The translations under genes and the position numbers were made by a program. From positions 32,001-96,000 of IMG/VR virus record IMGVR_UViG_3300033121_001593: DNA of 64,000 nucleotides; one strand, 5' to 3'. Under the pieces are notes generated by a model that ran no database searches, was not told the origin of the DNA, and worked only from the letters and a program-made list of their open reading frames with translations. Below, piece after piece: positions 35,601-45,729 of the stretch. Source of the DNA: a virus (lineage: Duplodnaviria > Caudoviricetes). The stretch's first letter is position 1, and each line of letters opens with the position of its first letter.

Positions 35601-38600
35601 TTCCCGCGCCAGGGCGATTGTCTGCGGGCCTAGATGAAAGGCCACCTGAGCCAGCTTGAGCGCCAGGCCGCCGACTGCCAGGATGATCTTGTCAGCGATA
35701 CCGAGAATGGGCCGGGCGACATAGCCCGCCATTGCGTCGAGGGTGGTGATAGCATCCTGCCAGGGTACGAGGACGGCAGAGAAAAGCTCCGCGCCTTCTT
35801 TGGCCAGGGCGATGGCCTGCGGCCCGATGTGGAAGGCAACGTCTGCCAGCTTCAGGGCCAGGCTGCCCACACTGAAAATGATCTTGTCTGCAATCGGGCC
35901 GACCGGGCGGAAGACGTAATCGGCCATCACGTCGAGCGTTTCGACCGCGTCCTGCCACGGTTCGAGAACTGCGGCTATGAGGGCCGCCCCGTCCTTCGCC
36001 AGGGCGATAGTGTCCGGTCCAAGGGTATCGGCCATGCGCGCCAGCTTGCGCGCAAGCCCTTCAACCATGTGGACCATACGGGACGAGATCGGGCCAATCG
36101 GCCGGAAGATAAAGGCGGCCATTGCGGAGAATGTCTTGACCGCGTCTTCCCAGGGAGCCAAGACCTCAATCATGAGGGCCGCGCCGATCTTGGCGCGCGC
36201 GATCATGTCGGGGCCTAGCCCGTCTACGAGGAAGTTCAGCTTACGGGCCAGACCCTTGACGGCGTTTTTCATCCGTTCGGCTGCGGGGCCAACCGGGCGG
36301 AACACGAACTCGGCCATCGCTGAAAAGACCTTGATTGCGTCTTCCCAGGGAGCCAGGACGGAAGCCATGAGCGCAGCGCCGTCCTTGGCGAGCGCCATCA
36401 CATCGGAGCCAAGCCAGAGCGTCACCCAGCGCAGTTTAGACGCCAAGCCCTTGACCGCGTTTTTGATGCGTTCCGCGGTGGGGCCTACGGGCCTGAATAC
36501 GAATTCGGCCAGTGCGGTGAAGGTCTTGATTGCATCTTCCCAGGGAACGAGCACGGCCGCCATCAGAAGCGCGCCTTCTTTGGCGAGCGTCATGATCTCA
36601 GGACCCAGCCGGTCAACGATCCAGCGCAGCTTACTCGACAGGCCGATGACAGCGCGCTTGATCTTTTCGGCGGTCGGTCCAATAGGCCGGAATACGAACT
36701 CGGAGAGGGCCACAAAGACCTTTACCGCATCTTCCCAGGGCTTGAGCACGTCAGCCATTAAGGCCGCGCCATCTTTGGCAGCCGCCATCAGCACAGGGCC
36801 TAGACGGTCAACGATCCACGTTAGTTTGCGGGCAAGACCGAACACGGCATCGCTGATCCGTTCGGCGGTCGGACCCACGGGCCTGAACACGATTGATGCC
36901 AGAGAGACAAGGGTATCGACGGCATCCTGCCAGGGCTTGACGACCTCAGCCATGAGCGCCGCGCCCGTCCTGGCGTCCTCTACCATTTGCGGGCCTAGCT
37001 GCTGGGACAGAAAAGCCAGCTTGCGGGCCAGGCCATACACCGCGCCTTTGATCTGTTCGCCGACCGGGCCAACCGGGCGGAACACGAACGATGCCAGGGA
37101 CACAAGCGCGTCGACGGCCGCCTTCCACGGGGCAACGACGGCGGTCATGAGGGCCGCGCCGGCCTTGGCGTTCGCCACCATTTCGGGACCCAGGTCGGTG
37201 GCCAGCCCCGCCAGCTTACCGGCCAGCCCCTGCATGGCGTTTGCGATTAGCTCGGCTGCGGGGCCGATGGCGACAAAGACGAAGCGGGCCAAATCGTCAA
37301 GGGTATCAATCGCCTTAGACCAAGGCTCGACGACTTCCTTCACCAAACCCGCGCCGGCCTTGGAGAAACCAATCGCCTCCGGGCCTAGCTTCTCAGCGAT
37401 CCAGCGCATTTTTTGCGACAGGCCCAGCATGGCGTTAGCGATCTTCTCAGCCACCGGGCCAATGGGGCGGAAGGTGAAGCCGGCCAATTTATTCAGGGCG
37501 TCCACCGCGTCTATCACGGGGTCGACCACGGCGGCCACGGTCGAGGCGAATTCACCGGCTGCCGTCTTGGCCTTTGCGTCGATCTTGCCGCCCGCGACGG
37601 CGAATGACCGAACCAGATCGACCACGAAAGCGACCATGTTGTCGATGGGGGCCTTCATACTGCCGAACACGGCCACGTCGCCCATCGAATTCAGGGCCTC
37701 GACTACGCTCTTGATATTGCCTGCGATGGAGCCGGCCACGGAAGCGAGCGCCACCGCCTCCGGCCAGGCTTCGTCCTTGAGAGCCTTGGCGGCCGCAGCG
37801 AATCCGGTCACGAGCAATTTAGCCGCGCCGATCAGTAGGTCGATCACCTTCTTTGCATCGGTGAGCGTTCCCTTGAGCAGTTCGGGGTCAAACAGCGACT
37901 TGACGCCTGAGACGATAGACGAAATTTCGCTGAAGATTTCTCCAAGCGGTTCGAGGACGGCTTTGGCGGAGTCGAGACCGCTGTCCTTTTTGGCATAGAC
38001 ACCGGCCAGAACTTTGAAAGCGGCGACCACTTGCTTGATCTGAGCCGTGAAACCGCTTAGGTCCATCGCCTGAACCTTGAAGCCACCCAGGTCACCAAGG
38101 GCCTTGACGATGTTCGAGATCGTCCCCATGATCTTGTCCATCAGTTCGGTGACGGCAAGGATCGCCTCTTTATCGCCCTTCTTGATGCCCTGCAGCAGGC
38201 CCATGATGAAGTCCCAGCCAACCCCGGCCATCGCGGTCGACGGCGAGTGAATACCGGCCGCATCCTTGGCGGCCTGAACCGCGCCGGCCACGATCCCCGC
38301 GGCCGCGCCGGCGGCATCCGGGCCTTGATCCTCGACGCCGATAGAGAAGCCTTCCCCGAAGTACCCGCCTAGCTCCATCATGATCCTGGACGGGCTTTGC
38401 GCCATTGCCGCAGCCCAAGCGGCAGCGATGGCCGCCTGCACAAGGGCAATGGCTGCGGCGATTGCCGCGCCGATCTTTGACTCGATACCGTCGGCGAGGC
38501 CCTGACCGATGGCCGCGCCGACGCCGGCCATTTCGCCGGCATAGCCGCGCAGTTCACCGACCATGCCAGACATTTGCGAGTTGACCTCACTGCGCATCGA

Positions 38601-41600
38601 TGTAAGGCTTGATCGGGTCCCGCCCAGCATCGAGAGCCAGCCGGCCTGCATAGCGGAGGCCATGGCTGCCATCTGCGTGACGACGTTCAGGTACATCGTA
38701 TCGAATGACAGGGACACAGCCGGGATCAGGAGGACGGTCAGTAGATTGACCAGCCACAGGTAGAATTCACCGAACCGGGTCTGCACCGTCGTCGTCATGG
38801 CGAAGGCGTGACCCTGGACGCCAGTTGACATGGCCTGCCAGGCGGTAAGCGCCCCGGTCACGAAGGTCTGAGTAGCCGTCGTGGCGTTGGTCTGGTAGGC
38901 CAGGTCTTGAGCGGTCAGGGTTGCATAGAACGTTTGTTGCCCGGTCGTGGTCGCCGTCTGGTAGGCCAGGTCCTGCGTTTGGAGCGTCGTGTAATTCGTG
39001 GCCGCGCTGGTCTGAAGCGCGGTCAGGCCCGTGCTCACGGTCGTATTGAGCGCGTCCATCTGCGTTGTGGCGTTCAGGTTCATGGCGGCCAGCGCCGTGT
39101 CACCGGCGAACTGCACCGCCTGAAAGCCCGTGCTGGCTGCCGCGGCGGTCGCGGTCAGGGCGTCCGTGGTGATCGGGGCCAGGCCCTCGACGCCGGTCTT
39201 CCAGCCCGCCGTCATCGTTTGCCCGGCCACAACCGGAGCCGTCGCCATTTCGGTGAAGGTCGAATTCCAGCCGGAGAGCATCGTATCGAGATCGGTCTGG
39301 ATCACGGCTGACGAGCCGGATACGGTGGCCTGAAGATCATCGAATGTCTGCCGCGGCCCGGTCACTTGCCCGGCGAGGCCGTTCATCTTTGCCAGAACGC
39401 CGTCGATTAGGCTGGTGGTAGCCGTGTCCGTACCGGTCTGCGCCGCCTGCGCTGCGGTGGTCACCCCGCCAAGGGCAAGGGCCACCTCAGAGCTTGCCGC
39501 CGCCGCCGCCGGGGGTAGGTTCCCGAAGGCCGCAATCATCTGGTCGGAATAGCTCTGCGTCGTTCCGGCCGCCTGCGTCATGTAGGTGCTTGAGTAGCCG
39601 GCGAAGTCGGTGTAGCTCGTCTTGGCGGTATCTACGGAGCCGGCCACGGCGGTGAGCGACCCGCCGATATTGGCCGACGCGGTCGAGGCCGAAGTCGCCA
39701 TGTTACCCGACGCCGTAGAGAGCGCCGTTGAAGCGGACTCGGCCGACCCCTTGATTTTGTCAGCGCCGAACTCGAAGCCGCGTGAGACTTCCTCCCAGGC
39801 CGGCAGGGCGACGCCCGGTATGCGGTTGGCGATCCCGGTCACCGAGTCGTAGATAGCCCCGAACGCTCCGAGGATGATATTCCCGATCCCGTTAAAGATA
39901 CCGGCGATCCCTTCTTTGAAGGCTTCGAAGGCGGTTAGACCGGCCTTCGTCGCCCCGTCCATGTCGCCCTCAAAAATCGACTTGACCACCGAGATAAAGG
40001 AGTAGAAGATCGAGCGCAGTACGTCAAAGACGCCGGCCAGGACCTGGCCGAAGCCGCGAATGATCGTGCCGGCATTGCGGAAGATACCCGACAGGATTTC
40101 GCCAAAGGCGACCACCGTCGCCACGACCGAGCCGCCGATCACCCCCAGGATGATACCGGAGACGGTCAGTAGGGCGTCCCGCAGCCACAGCAGGCCGGGC
40201 TTCGCTACTTCGAGCGCGTCCTTCAGGCCCTCGAAGGCCCCGCTGAGAGCCTCCTTGATCGGGGCCAGGGCAGTTGAGACCGGGCCTAGCTCAAGCAGGA
40301 ATTCCTGGAAGCCGGTCTTGATGTCGCCGAAGACCTTGGCCAGTAGATCGAATACGGGTTGAAGGGCCGTGGCGATAGGCTCGATCTTAGCCTTGATCTC
40401 GTCAATCGCTCCCGTTATCGAAGCCTTGATCTCAGTGAACTTGGTGACGATCCCGGTCTTTAGCTGGTCCCAGGACGGCAACGTTGCGCCGGTCAGATCG
40501 TTGATCGTATTGACCACCGAGTCGTAGATGCCGCCGGCGACGTTATCGACCACGACCAGCAAGCCCTCAAGGCTGGCGACGCTGCCGGTCACGTAATCTT
40601 CTACGGTCTGCTTGGCGGCTGCCCATGCGCCGGCCCAGTCACCAGCGAGCAGGGCCTTGACGGTGGTCACGATCCCCATGAACGTGTTATTGAACGTCTC
40701 GACTTGACCGGTCACGAAGTCGATGACGCCGCCGATGATCTCAGGCAGTCGCTCGATGGTTTGGGCGACTAGCTCGCCGAATACCTTGGAGATAACGACG
40801 CCGACGATTGCGATCACTTGCCCGATCACCGAGGCCGGCCCGACCAGGCCCATGAGCGCCTGGCCAAGCTCGTCGAACTTGGGCTTGAGTAGGGCGATTT
40901 CGTCGCCAAAGCCTTTGGCCGCCGCGCCGATCCTGTCAAACGTCGGCTTGAAGACCGCCTCTAGTTGCGCAATCGCTCCCTCGATACCGGACATGATGGC
41001 ATCGGCCTTGGATTGCCCAAACAGGGTGACCAGGGCCTTGTTGAACCCGGTATAGAGATGCGAGGCCAGAACCGCGCCGGCCTCGTTGATCGAATTCTCC
41101 ATGCGGGCGATACCGGGCAGGATGGCGGACGCCATCAGCTTGTCTACAAAGATTTGCCCCTTACCGCCCTCCTGGAAGCCGGCCGCCAAGCCCTGCACCA
41201 GTAATACGCCGGCCCCCAGGATCGTCGGCACGCCGGTTCCAATGATCCAGCCAATGATCTGGCCTAACAGATCGGCAAGCTGCGGGATCACATTAGCGGC
41301 GAACGTGGTCACCCAGGTGATTGCGTTCTCGGCCCACTGGTAGAAGGCGTTTCTGATATCGGGTGCCCGGTCGCGTACCCAGCCGGCGATATTCTCGAAC
41401 AGCAGGCCAAAGGTCTCGGAGACGATTGCGGAGATGCCTTCGAAGGCGGCCCGGAAGCCCGACCAGTCGGAGAAGCCGGTCGAGAAAAAGTCGCTCAGGT
41501 CATCCTTCATGGCCTGCGTATTCTCGACCAGAACGTCGTTACCCTTTGATATCACGTCGCCAAGCGCGGCCACGAATGAGACGATCCCGGCCAGGACCGG

Positions 41601-43526
41601 ATTCATGAGCGGGTCGATCTCGGTCAACCATTCGGAAAGGGAGTGACCGTCCTCGACCACGGCTTGCAGGGCCTGGCGGAAGTTGGCGAATTGCCAGGCC
41701 GCGCCCTGGATCGGCTTGGGTAGTTTGTAGAGCGACTCGACCGTCAGATTGCCCGTCTCTGAAGCGTCTTTCAAATAGGTCTTGAAGCCGGCGAAGCCGT
41801 CCTTAGCGCCCTGAACGAATTTATCCGTGGCCTCCTTGAGGCCAAACAGGTTCTTCTTGTAGGCGACGCCGAATACCATCACAGCGCCGGCCGCAATCGC
41901 CAGCGGGCCGGCCAGGGCGGCGATAGCCGGGACCTGGACCCCGAACAGGCCCAGCAGCGGGCGGAGCGTGTACTGCGCGCCCTTCAGGGCAAAGACCAGC
42001 GCCAGGAGCGCCGTGGTGATAGCCTGTACCGGTTCGGGCATACTCTCGAACGCCTTTTGAACCGCGTCGAGACCGGTACGCAGCGGGGGCAGAAAAGACC
42101 GGATCAGGGGAATAATGACCTTATCCATAAGCTGCGTCAGGGGCGGAATAAGGGTCAGGCCGATCTCGATCCCCAGGACGTTGAAGGCGACTTTCAGGCG
42201 CTTGATCTGTGTTTCGAGGCTCTTGTATTGCTCGGCCCGCGCGGCATCGACCGAGCCGTCGATACCCTTTTTCCACTCGGCAAACGCCTCGGTGCTCATG
42301 GTGGTTTCGTTGGCGGTCAGGGCCATGACGCCGCCGATGGCGCGCACGTTGCGGAACAGGTCCGCTATACCCTCATTCGAGCCGTAGAATTCTTTGACCA
42401 GCTTCTGCTGCGCCGGGGTGGTCTTGGCAAGCTCGCCCTGGTACTGCGTCATCGTCGCGTTGAGCTTGTCCATCGACAACCGCTTCTTTTGGGCAGCGAT
42501 AGACCCTTCGCCCTCTTTCTCGGTGATCTTGGCCAGTTCCTGCTTGTAGATATCCATCTGGTCAACGAGGAACGGGTACTTGAGGCTCATGGTCGTCTGA
42601 GCCTTGGACATCCCGCCGATAGACTCGGTCGACTCAAAGACCGTGGTCGTGATAGCTTTCAGGGCGGGGATCATTCCGCCCATGCCCTCGACCATCGTCG
42701 TGCCGGATGAATAGCCCAGCTTTTCGATCACCCCTTGCAAGCTCTCGGAAGGCTTGATTAACTGCGTGAAGATGGCATTAAGCCGGGTCGCGGCCTGCTC
42801 GGCGGTTAGGCCGGTCTGTGTCATCTGCGCGAACGAGTACCCGACTTCTTCGAGCGGGATACCCAAGTTGGACGCCATCGGGGCCAGCCGGCCCATCACG
42901 TTTGCTAGATCGGGCAGCGTCACCAGGCCCGACTGAACCACCTTCAGGAATACGTCGGTGATATGGCCGGCCTGAGACGCGTCCTGCCCATAGGCCCGCA
43001 TAGTAGAGATGAGGAGCTTAGAAACCTCGTCAACGTCCGCCAGGCCAGCGCCGGCCGCGCGGGACGACGCCTGCATCACGGCCATGGCCTCGGACATTTG
43101 CACGACGCCGTCCTTGGTTTGGACAGCGACCGACTTGACCTTCTCGTCTAGCTCAAGGCCAGCAGAGGCGACTAGGTACAGGGACTTGGCGACGTTATCC
43201 GCCGACGAGCGAGTCGTCAGGGCGAATGAGATCACGTCGTCCTGTAGCTTCTGGAATTGCTCCTCCGGCAAGTGAGCCACCGAGTTGACGTTGCGCATCG
43301 ACTGTTCAAAGGTCATTGCGCTTTTGACCGAGGCGACGCCGATCCCCACAATCGCGGCTGACGCGATCCCCATAGCGGAGTTGAGGCCCCCGGCGGCGTT
43401 CTGCCCCCCTTTGGCGACGCCGTTCATTTGCTGGGAAACCGAATTAAGGCCCTGTGTCGCGCCGGCGGTATTCGCGCCGACCATGACTAGCATACCAGCT
43501 ACAGGAGTAGCGCCCGGTCCCAGCAT
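32661..43526 (-). CDS. Tape measure protein (TP901-like N-terminus), 3621 aa
   Basis: FEQSMRNVNSV, LYLVASAG; helical Ala-rich; follows tail chaperones. Confidence 0.95.
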   Translation of the reverse strand: MLGPGATPVAGMLVMVGANTAGATQGLNSVSQQMNGVAKGGQNAAGGLNSAMGIASAAIVGIGVASVKSAMTFEQSMRNVNSVAHLPEEQFQKLQDDVISFALTTRSSADNVAKSLYLVASAGLELDEKVKSVAVQTKDGVVQMSEAMAVMQASSRAAGAGLADVDEVSKLLISTMRAYGQDASQAGHITDVFLKVVQSGLVTLPDLANVMGRLAPMASNLGIPLEEVGYSFAQMTQTGLTAEQAATRLNAIFTQLIKPSESLQGVIEKLGYSSGTTMVEGMGGMIPALKAITTTVFESTESIGGMSKAQTTMSLKYPFLVDQMDIYKQELAKITEKEGEGSIAAQKKRLSMDKLNATMTQYQGELAKTTPAQQKLVKEFYGSNEGIADLFRNVRAIGGVMALTANETTMSTEAFAEWKKGIDGSVDAARAEQYKSLETQIKRLKVAFNVLGIEIGLTLIPPLTQLMDKVIIPLIRSFLPPLRTGLDAVQKAFESMPEPVQAITTALLALVFALKGAQYTLRPLLGLFGVQVPAIAALAGPLAIAAGAVMVFGVAYKKNLFGLKEATDKFVQGAKDGFAGFKTYLKDASETGNLTVESLYKLPKPIQGAAWQFANFRQALQAVVEDGHSLSEWLTEIDPLMNPVLAGIVSFVAALGDVISKGNDVLVENTQAMKDDLSDFFSTGFSDWSGFRAAFEGISAIVSETFGLLFENIAGWVRDRAPDIRNAFYQWAENAITWVTTFAANVIPQLADLLGQIIGWIIGTGVPTILGAGVLLVQGLAAGFQEGGKGQIFVDKLMASAILPGIARMENSINEAGAVLASHLYTGFNKALVTLFGQSKADAIMSGIEGAIAQLEAVFKPTFDRIGAAAKGFGDEIALLKPKFDELGQALMGLVGPASVIGQVIAIVGVVISKVFGELVAQTIERLPEIIGGVIDFVTGQVETFNNTFMGIVTTVKALLAGDWAGAWAAAKQTVEDYVTGSVASLEGLLVVVDNVAGGIYDSVVNTINDLTGATLPSWDQLKTGIVTKFTEIKASITGAIDEIKAKIEPIATALQPVFDLLAKVFGDIKTGFQEFLLELGPVSTALAPIKEALSGAFEGLKDALEVAKPGLLWLRDALLTVSGIILGVIGGSVVATVVAFGEILSGIFRNAGTIIRGFGQVLAGVFDVLRSIFYSFISVVKSIFEGDMDGATKAGLTAFEAFKEGIAGIFNGIGNIILGAFGAIYDSVTGIANRIPGVALPAWEEVSRGFEFGADKIKGSAESASTALSTASGNMATSASTASANIGGSLTAVAGSVDTAKTSYTDFAGYSSTYMTQAAGTTQSYSDQMIAAFGNLPPAAAAASSEVALALGGVTTAAQAAQTGTDTATTSLIDGVLAKMNGLAGQVTGPRQTFDDLQATVSGSSAVIQTDLDTMLSGWNSTFTEMATAPVVAGQTMTAGWKTGVEGLAPITTDALTATAAAASTGFQAVQFAGDTALAAMNLNATTQMDALNTTVSTGLTALQTSAATNYTTLQTQDLAYQTATTTGQQTFYATLTAQDLAYQTNATTATQTFVTGALTAWQAMSTGVQGHAFAMTTTVQTRFGEFYLWLVNLLTVLLIPAVSLSFDTMYLNVVTQMAAMASAMQAGWLSMLGGTRSSLTSMRSEVNSQMSGMVGELRGYAGEMAGVGAAIGQGLADGIESKIGAAIAAAIALVQAAIAAAWAAAMAQSPSRIMMELGGYFGEGFSIGVEDQGPDAAGAAAGIVAGAVQAAKDAAGIHSPSTAMAGVGWDFIMGLLQGIKKGDKEAILAVTELMDKIMGTISNIVKALGDLGGFKVQAMDLSGFTAQIKQVVAAFKVLAGVYAKKDSGLDSAKAVLEPLGEIFSEISSIVSGVKSLFDPELLKGTLTDAKKVIDLLIGAAKLLVTGFAAAAKALKDEAWPEAVALASVAGSIAGNIKSVVEALNSMGDVAVFGSMKAPIDNMVAFVVDLVRSFAVAGGKIDAKAKTAAGEFASTVAAVVDPVIDAVDALNKLAGFTFRPIGPVAEKIANAMLGLSQKMRWIAEKLGPEAIGFSKAGAGLVKEVVEPWSKAIDTLDDLARFVFVAIGPAAELIANAMQGLAGKLAGLATDLGPEMVANAKAGAALMTAVVAPWKAAVDALVSLASFVFRPVGPVGEQIKGAVYGLARKLAFLSQQLGPQMVEDARTGAALMAEVVKPWQDAVDTLVSLASIVFRPVGPTAERISDAVFGLARKLTWIVDRLGPVLMAAAKDGAALMADVLKPWEDAVKVFVALSEFVFRPIGPTAEKIKRAVIGLSSKLRWIVDRLGPEIMTLAKEGALLMAAVLVPWEDAIKTFTALAEFVFRPVGPTAERIKNAVKGLASKLRWVTLWLGSDVMALAKDGAALMASVLAPWEDAIKVFSAMAEFVFRPVGPAAERMKNAVKGLARKLNFLVDGLGPDMIARAKIGAALMIEVLAPWEDAVKTFSAMAAFIFRPIGPISSRMVHMVEGLARKLARMADTLGPDTIALAKDGAALIAAVLEPWQDAVETLDVMADYVFRPVGPIADKIIFSVGSLALKLADVAFHIGPQAIALAKEGAELFSAVLVPWQDAITTLDAMAGYVARPILGIADKIILAVGGLALKLAQVAFHLGPQTIALAREGAALLSDVLTPWQDAITVLGALAGFIYRSVDKSAKDVTAAMILLANALAGMADDIGMGTLKKAAKVGALLSEVLAPWETAMKVADNMRAFRIMPDFVDKMVRFGRQWIDIVDQLGRIILTLNQDGLAAVEAFAGVLTALLDGLTVAMEIVERGDFPMPDAGIWDRFVAWVWGIFQFFYDKVQELMNDPENTLGFDPVLQFAGALESIMNALSAAVDLARNFEFVLPDAEVFLNFENWVWGIFQFFWAKVQELWNDPDRIIGFDPVVAFAEALSSILGALSSALELARNFEFVLPDPELWAAFVTWVWGIFQTFFTLVQTLWSDPTRIIDFVPVEAFGSALESIMGGLSAGLELARGFVFTAPPADQWSAFVTWVWGAFQTFYALVQTLWLDPASIIEFDPVESFGSALESIMGGLLASMELITGFSFTPPDPGQWDAFIAWVIAAFQTVYDYVESLVTDPTTALNFDPEESFGSALESIMGGLMATIDLITNFVWTPPDPELWSDFIGWVLTFMDDLRLRIIAAFPMDAGAAAAFAPVAAFGDAVEAVTGGLQTALEFFSNLAGYIPVSETTINTFLGNVEFLIDLVGTYATQHLDPARVIALQRFEAAISATAGGLSDALDLFEGLASLDDRTIDWLANAGAGTGTNTGAAMQVIGYLFQAIVQTMTRFGTEVATLSLTSWTPTANAFFTALETVIGILSDALGLFTDLGTSGMPSTAEIEAFVAAIMQVFTTFNTGLASVTTPLHTAILAVQTELSVNLAGWLATNGAASVGHLFYDAAVLVPTAIAAGLGSVSLVQPSIDLRQQVVDNVHGWFSYHAAALDGRLFFEDGSNVVLSIGAGMLDQEDYIYQVAWDIGQAIINGLEGSLQIGSPSRLAMEAGWFTSDGLALGLLAGKDNAVSAAREVADAVAAEYTSLGDRPSVLWPNLSSTSPTFAQNNTIEHEVVIRVEGGDALPKMTDYEMRELARELGRQLKQGV

Positions 43527-43543
43527 AGCGGTTCTACCTCATA

Positions 43544-43835
43544 TCATTTACGTTGACGGTTACGCTGCTTCTGGAGCGCAGCCTCGGCCTCCAGTTCGGC
43601 CGACTGCGCAATCTGCGCCCAGAGCAGCCAGAACCGGGGCAAGACAAGCCCGGCCTGAGAGGCCGTGAGAAGCTCCCAGGGCCGGGCATTGAGATAGCGC
43701 GCGGAGCGGATAATTGGATACCAGTCAGGGCACTCGAACGAGTCGTCCTCGCCGCCCGTCATTAAGTAGCGTCGAAGCTCGATCTTGGCCGCTTCGATCC
43801 CTGGCGTCTCTGTTCCGTCCGGCTCAATTTTTTTT
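43544..43835 (-). CDS. Tail assembly chaperone GT extension (-1 frame)
   Basis: -1 frame open from the A8 run through IEPDGTETPGIEAAKIELRRYLMTGGED.. to the stop at 43544. Confidence 0.8.
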
Positions 43836-44244
43836 GGCCGTCCTGCATGTCAGCCGTCATGGCCTGGAAGATCGAGCCTCTGAGCGGCACAGGGATGGCC
43901 TCAAGCGCGGCGTCCTTGTCCATTGGCCGGCCTTCGTCATCCTTCAGGGGCAGATCGACCACCACCTGTTTCAGGGCGTCAAGGATATACTCGGCGGCGT
44001 TCTGCTCCTTGATCGCGACCTGAATGGCCTCCACGATACGCTCGGCCAGTTCTTCGTCGTCGCCGATCACACCGAGCACCGCGCCGATCAGGTCAGCGCC
44101 TTCGCCCGTGTTGATCCCGTTCATCAGGTCATCGTTGAAAGCGCCCGGATTGTAGACGAATTCAATCTCGCTCCCGAAGTACGGCGCGAGGACCCTGCGC
44201 CGCTGGTTCAGGACTTCCGACAACGAAACTATTTGCTTACCCAT
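43762..44244 (-). CDS. Tail assembly chaperone G
   Basis: Between tail tube and TMP; GGAG RBS before MGKQIV; slippery CAAAAAAAA. Confidence 0.85.
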   Translation of the reverse strand: MGKQIVSLSEVLNQRRRVLAPYFGSEIEFVYNPGAFNDDLMNGINTGEGADLIGAVLGVIGDDEELAERIVEAIQVAIKEQNAAEYILDALKQVVVDLPLKDDEGRPMDKDAALEAIPVPLRGSIFQAMTADMQDGQKKLSRTEQRRQGSKRPRSSFDAT

Positions 44245-44299
44245 GATGTTTGTTCTCCCGGAACAAGCGAATAGAGGGAAAGCCTCCCTCAAGGGGCTA

Positions 44300-45298
44300 C
44301 TAGGTCAGCGTTGCGGTCGAGTTGGTCACGACCACCGAGATTGCGCCGGGGTTCGTGCCGTCGACCGTGTCATCGTGAATGCAGTTGAAGTTGAAGCCCA
44401 GGGCATACGCCCCTTCGTCATCTTCACGGTCGCCCGGATTGGTGAACTGCAGCGGAAAGTCGAAGTGCATTCCGTAGGTGTAGGTGCCGGTGATGGTTGC
44501 GCCTACGGCCTTGATCCGCATCCAGCGAGTATCGCCGGCCCGCATGGTGGTGCGATAGCCGTAACCGGTCGAATTGTAGAGCGTCATGATCCGGCCGCCG
44601 ACGTCGGGCACGGTATCGACGATATCGGCGAACGTCGAGACGGAGCCGTTCAGCGCCCACCAGGGGGCGTACTTGTCGGTGTAGTGAATCTCGACGCCGG
44701 CCAGATCGGTGAGCGGGTCGGCTGAGGCCAGCCCGGTTCGGGTCGTCGCCAGATAGACGTAAATCTGCGAGCCGATCACGGGCTTGGGCGTAACGGTCTT
44801 GGTGACGGTGGTCAGCACCTGATTGTCGCTGACCTTACCGGCGATGCCGCTGCCGGAAAACTCGATGGCGTTACGGCGGAAGTTGGCCGTAAATCCGGTA
44901 AAGAGGCCATAGGGCATCTGCGCGCCGGACCCGGACGGGCCTTCCTGGATCGTGAACGTCTTGATCGTGTCAGCCACGGACGTATTCGGCACCCACGTCC
45001 ACTTGTACGCGCCCGACGTGAGCGTGCTCGGCGCGGCGTAGCCCAGGCCGGCTAGGAGATAGGGGAGCGTGTTGTAACACAGCTTCCCGCCCAGGGTCAG
45101 ATTGGACATTTCGTCACCGCCGGGGATGACGAAAGAAACGTGCTTGTAGCCGGCCGGGCGGAAGGCTTCGCCTTCGCCGCCCGTCGTCTCCACTACGATC
45201 TCCATTGCCGGAATCTTGATCGGGCAGGCGACCGCGGTGCCGGGCGTCGACTCCAGGCCGATACGAATGTCCCTAAAGACGGTTGGAGTTGCAGGCAT
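44300..45298 (-). CDS. Major tail tube protein
   Basis: IGLESTPGTAV, TFTIQEG, VVVTN; position. Confidence 0.85.
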   Translation of the reverse strand: MPATPTVFRDIRIGLESTPGTAVACPIKIPAMEIVVETTGGEGEAFRPAGYKHVSFVIPGGDEMSNLTLGGKLCYNTLPYLLAGLGYAAPSTLTSGAYKWTWVPNTSVADTIKTFTIQEGPSGSGAQMPYGLFTGFTANFRRNAIEFSGSGIAGKVSDNQVLTTVTKTVTPKPVIGSQIYVYLATTRTGLASADPLTDLAGVEIHYTDKYAPWWALNGSVSTFADIVDTVPDVGGRIMTLYNSTGYGYRTTMRAGDTRWMRIKAVGATITGTYTYGMHFDFPLQFTNPGDREDDEGAYALGFNFNCIHDDTVDGTNPGAISVVVTNSTATLT

Positions 45299-45300
45299 GG

Positions 45301-45729
45301 TTATGACTCCTTTGCAAAGATTCTGAAATACCCGCCAAGATGCCGGAACTGGCGTTCGCCGTCAGCCTCGGCCATTCGGAAGGGGCCGGTCTTAACGGCC
45401 CCGAAGACTACTCCATCGCTCGTGCTACCCTCAGCACCGTCCAGCGCGGCGGTTATGCGCTTGGCGATCTCCTTCAGGGGTACGAAGCTCCCGCCTTCGC
45501 AGACCCCGCGCACGATGTAGTAAAGGTCCGACCAGATATGAGCGTTACCGAGATGCGTCAGGTCAGCGCCGGAATAGAAGACCACCTGCACGGCGGGATA
45601 CCCCGCCTGCACGGGTAGAATATCCGTGTAGACGCCATTTGCGCCGTCTGCCAGATAGCCCACCAGCGCGGTATCGCCGCGCAAGCGGGCGTTGATGAAC
45701 TGCTCGGCCACCAGGCTCTCGATGGTCAT
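45301..45729 (-). CDS. Tail terminator (DUF3168-like)
   Basis: LRGD.AL..VY..P..YP; position. Confidence 0.8.
   Translation of the reverse strand: MTIESLVAEQFINARLRGDTALVGYLADGANGVYTDILPVQAGYPAVQVVFYSGADLTHLGNAHIWSDLYYIVRGVCEGGSFVPLKEIAKRITAALDGAEGSTSDGVVFGAVKTGPFRMAEADGERQFRHLGGYFRIFAKES

Noticed and set aside
16854-37998. Long + strand ORFs (16854, 17547, 21275, 31107, 35977 etc.)
   Set aside because: Antisense shadows of high-GC or repetitive minus-strand genes
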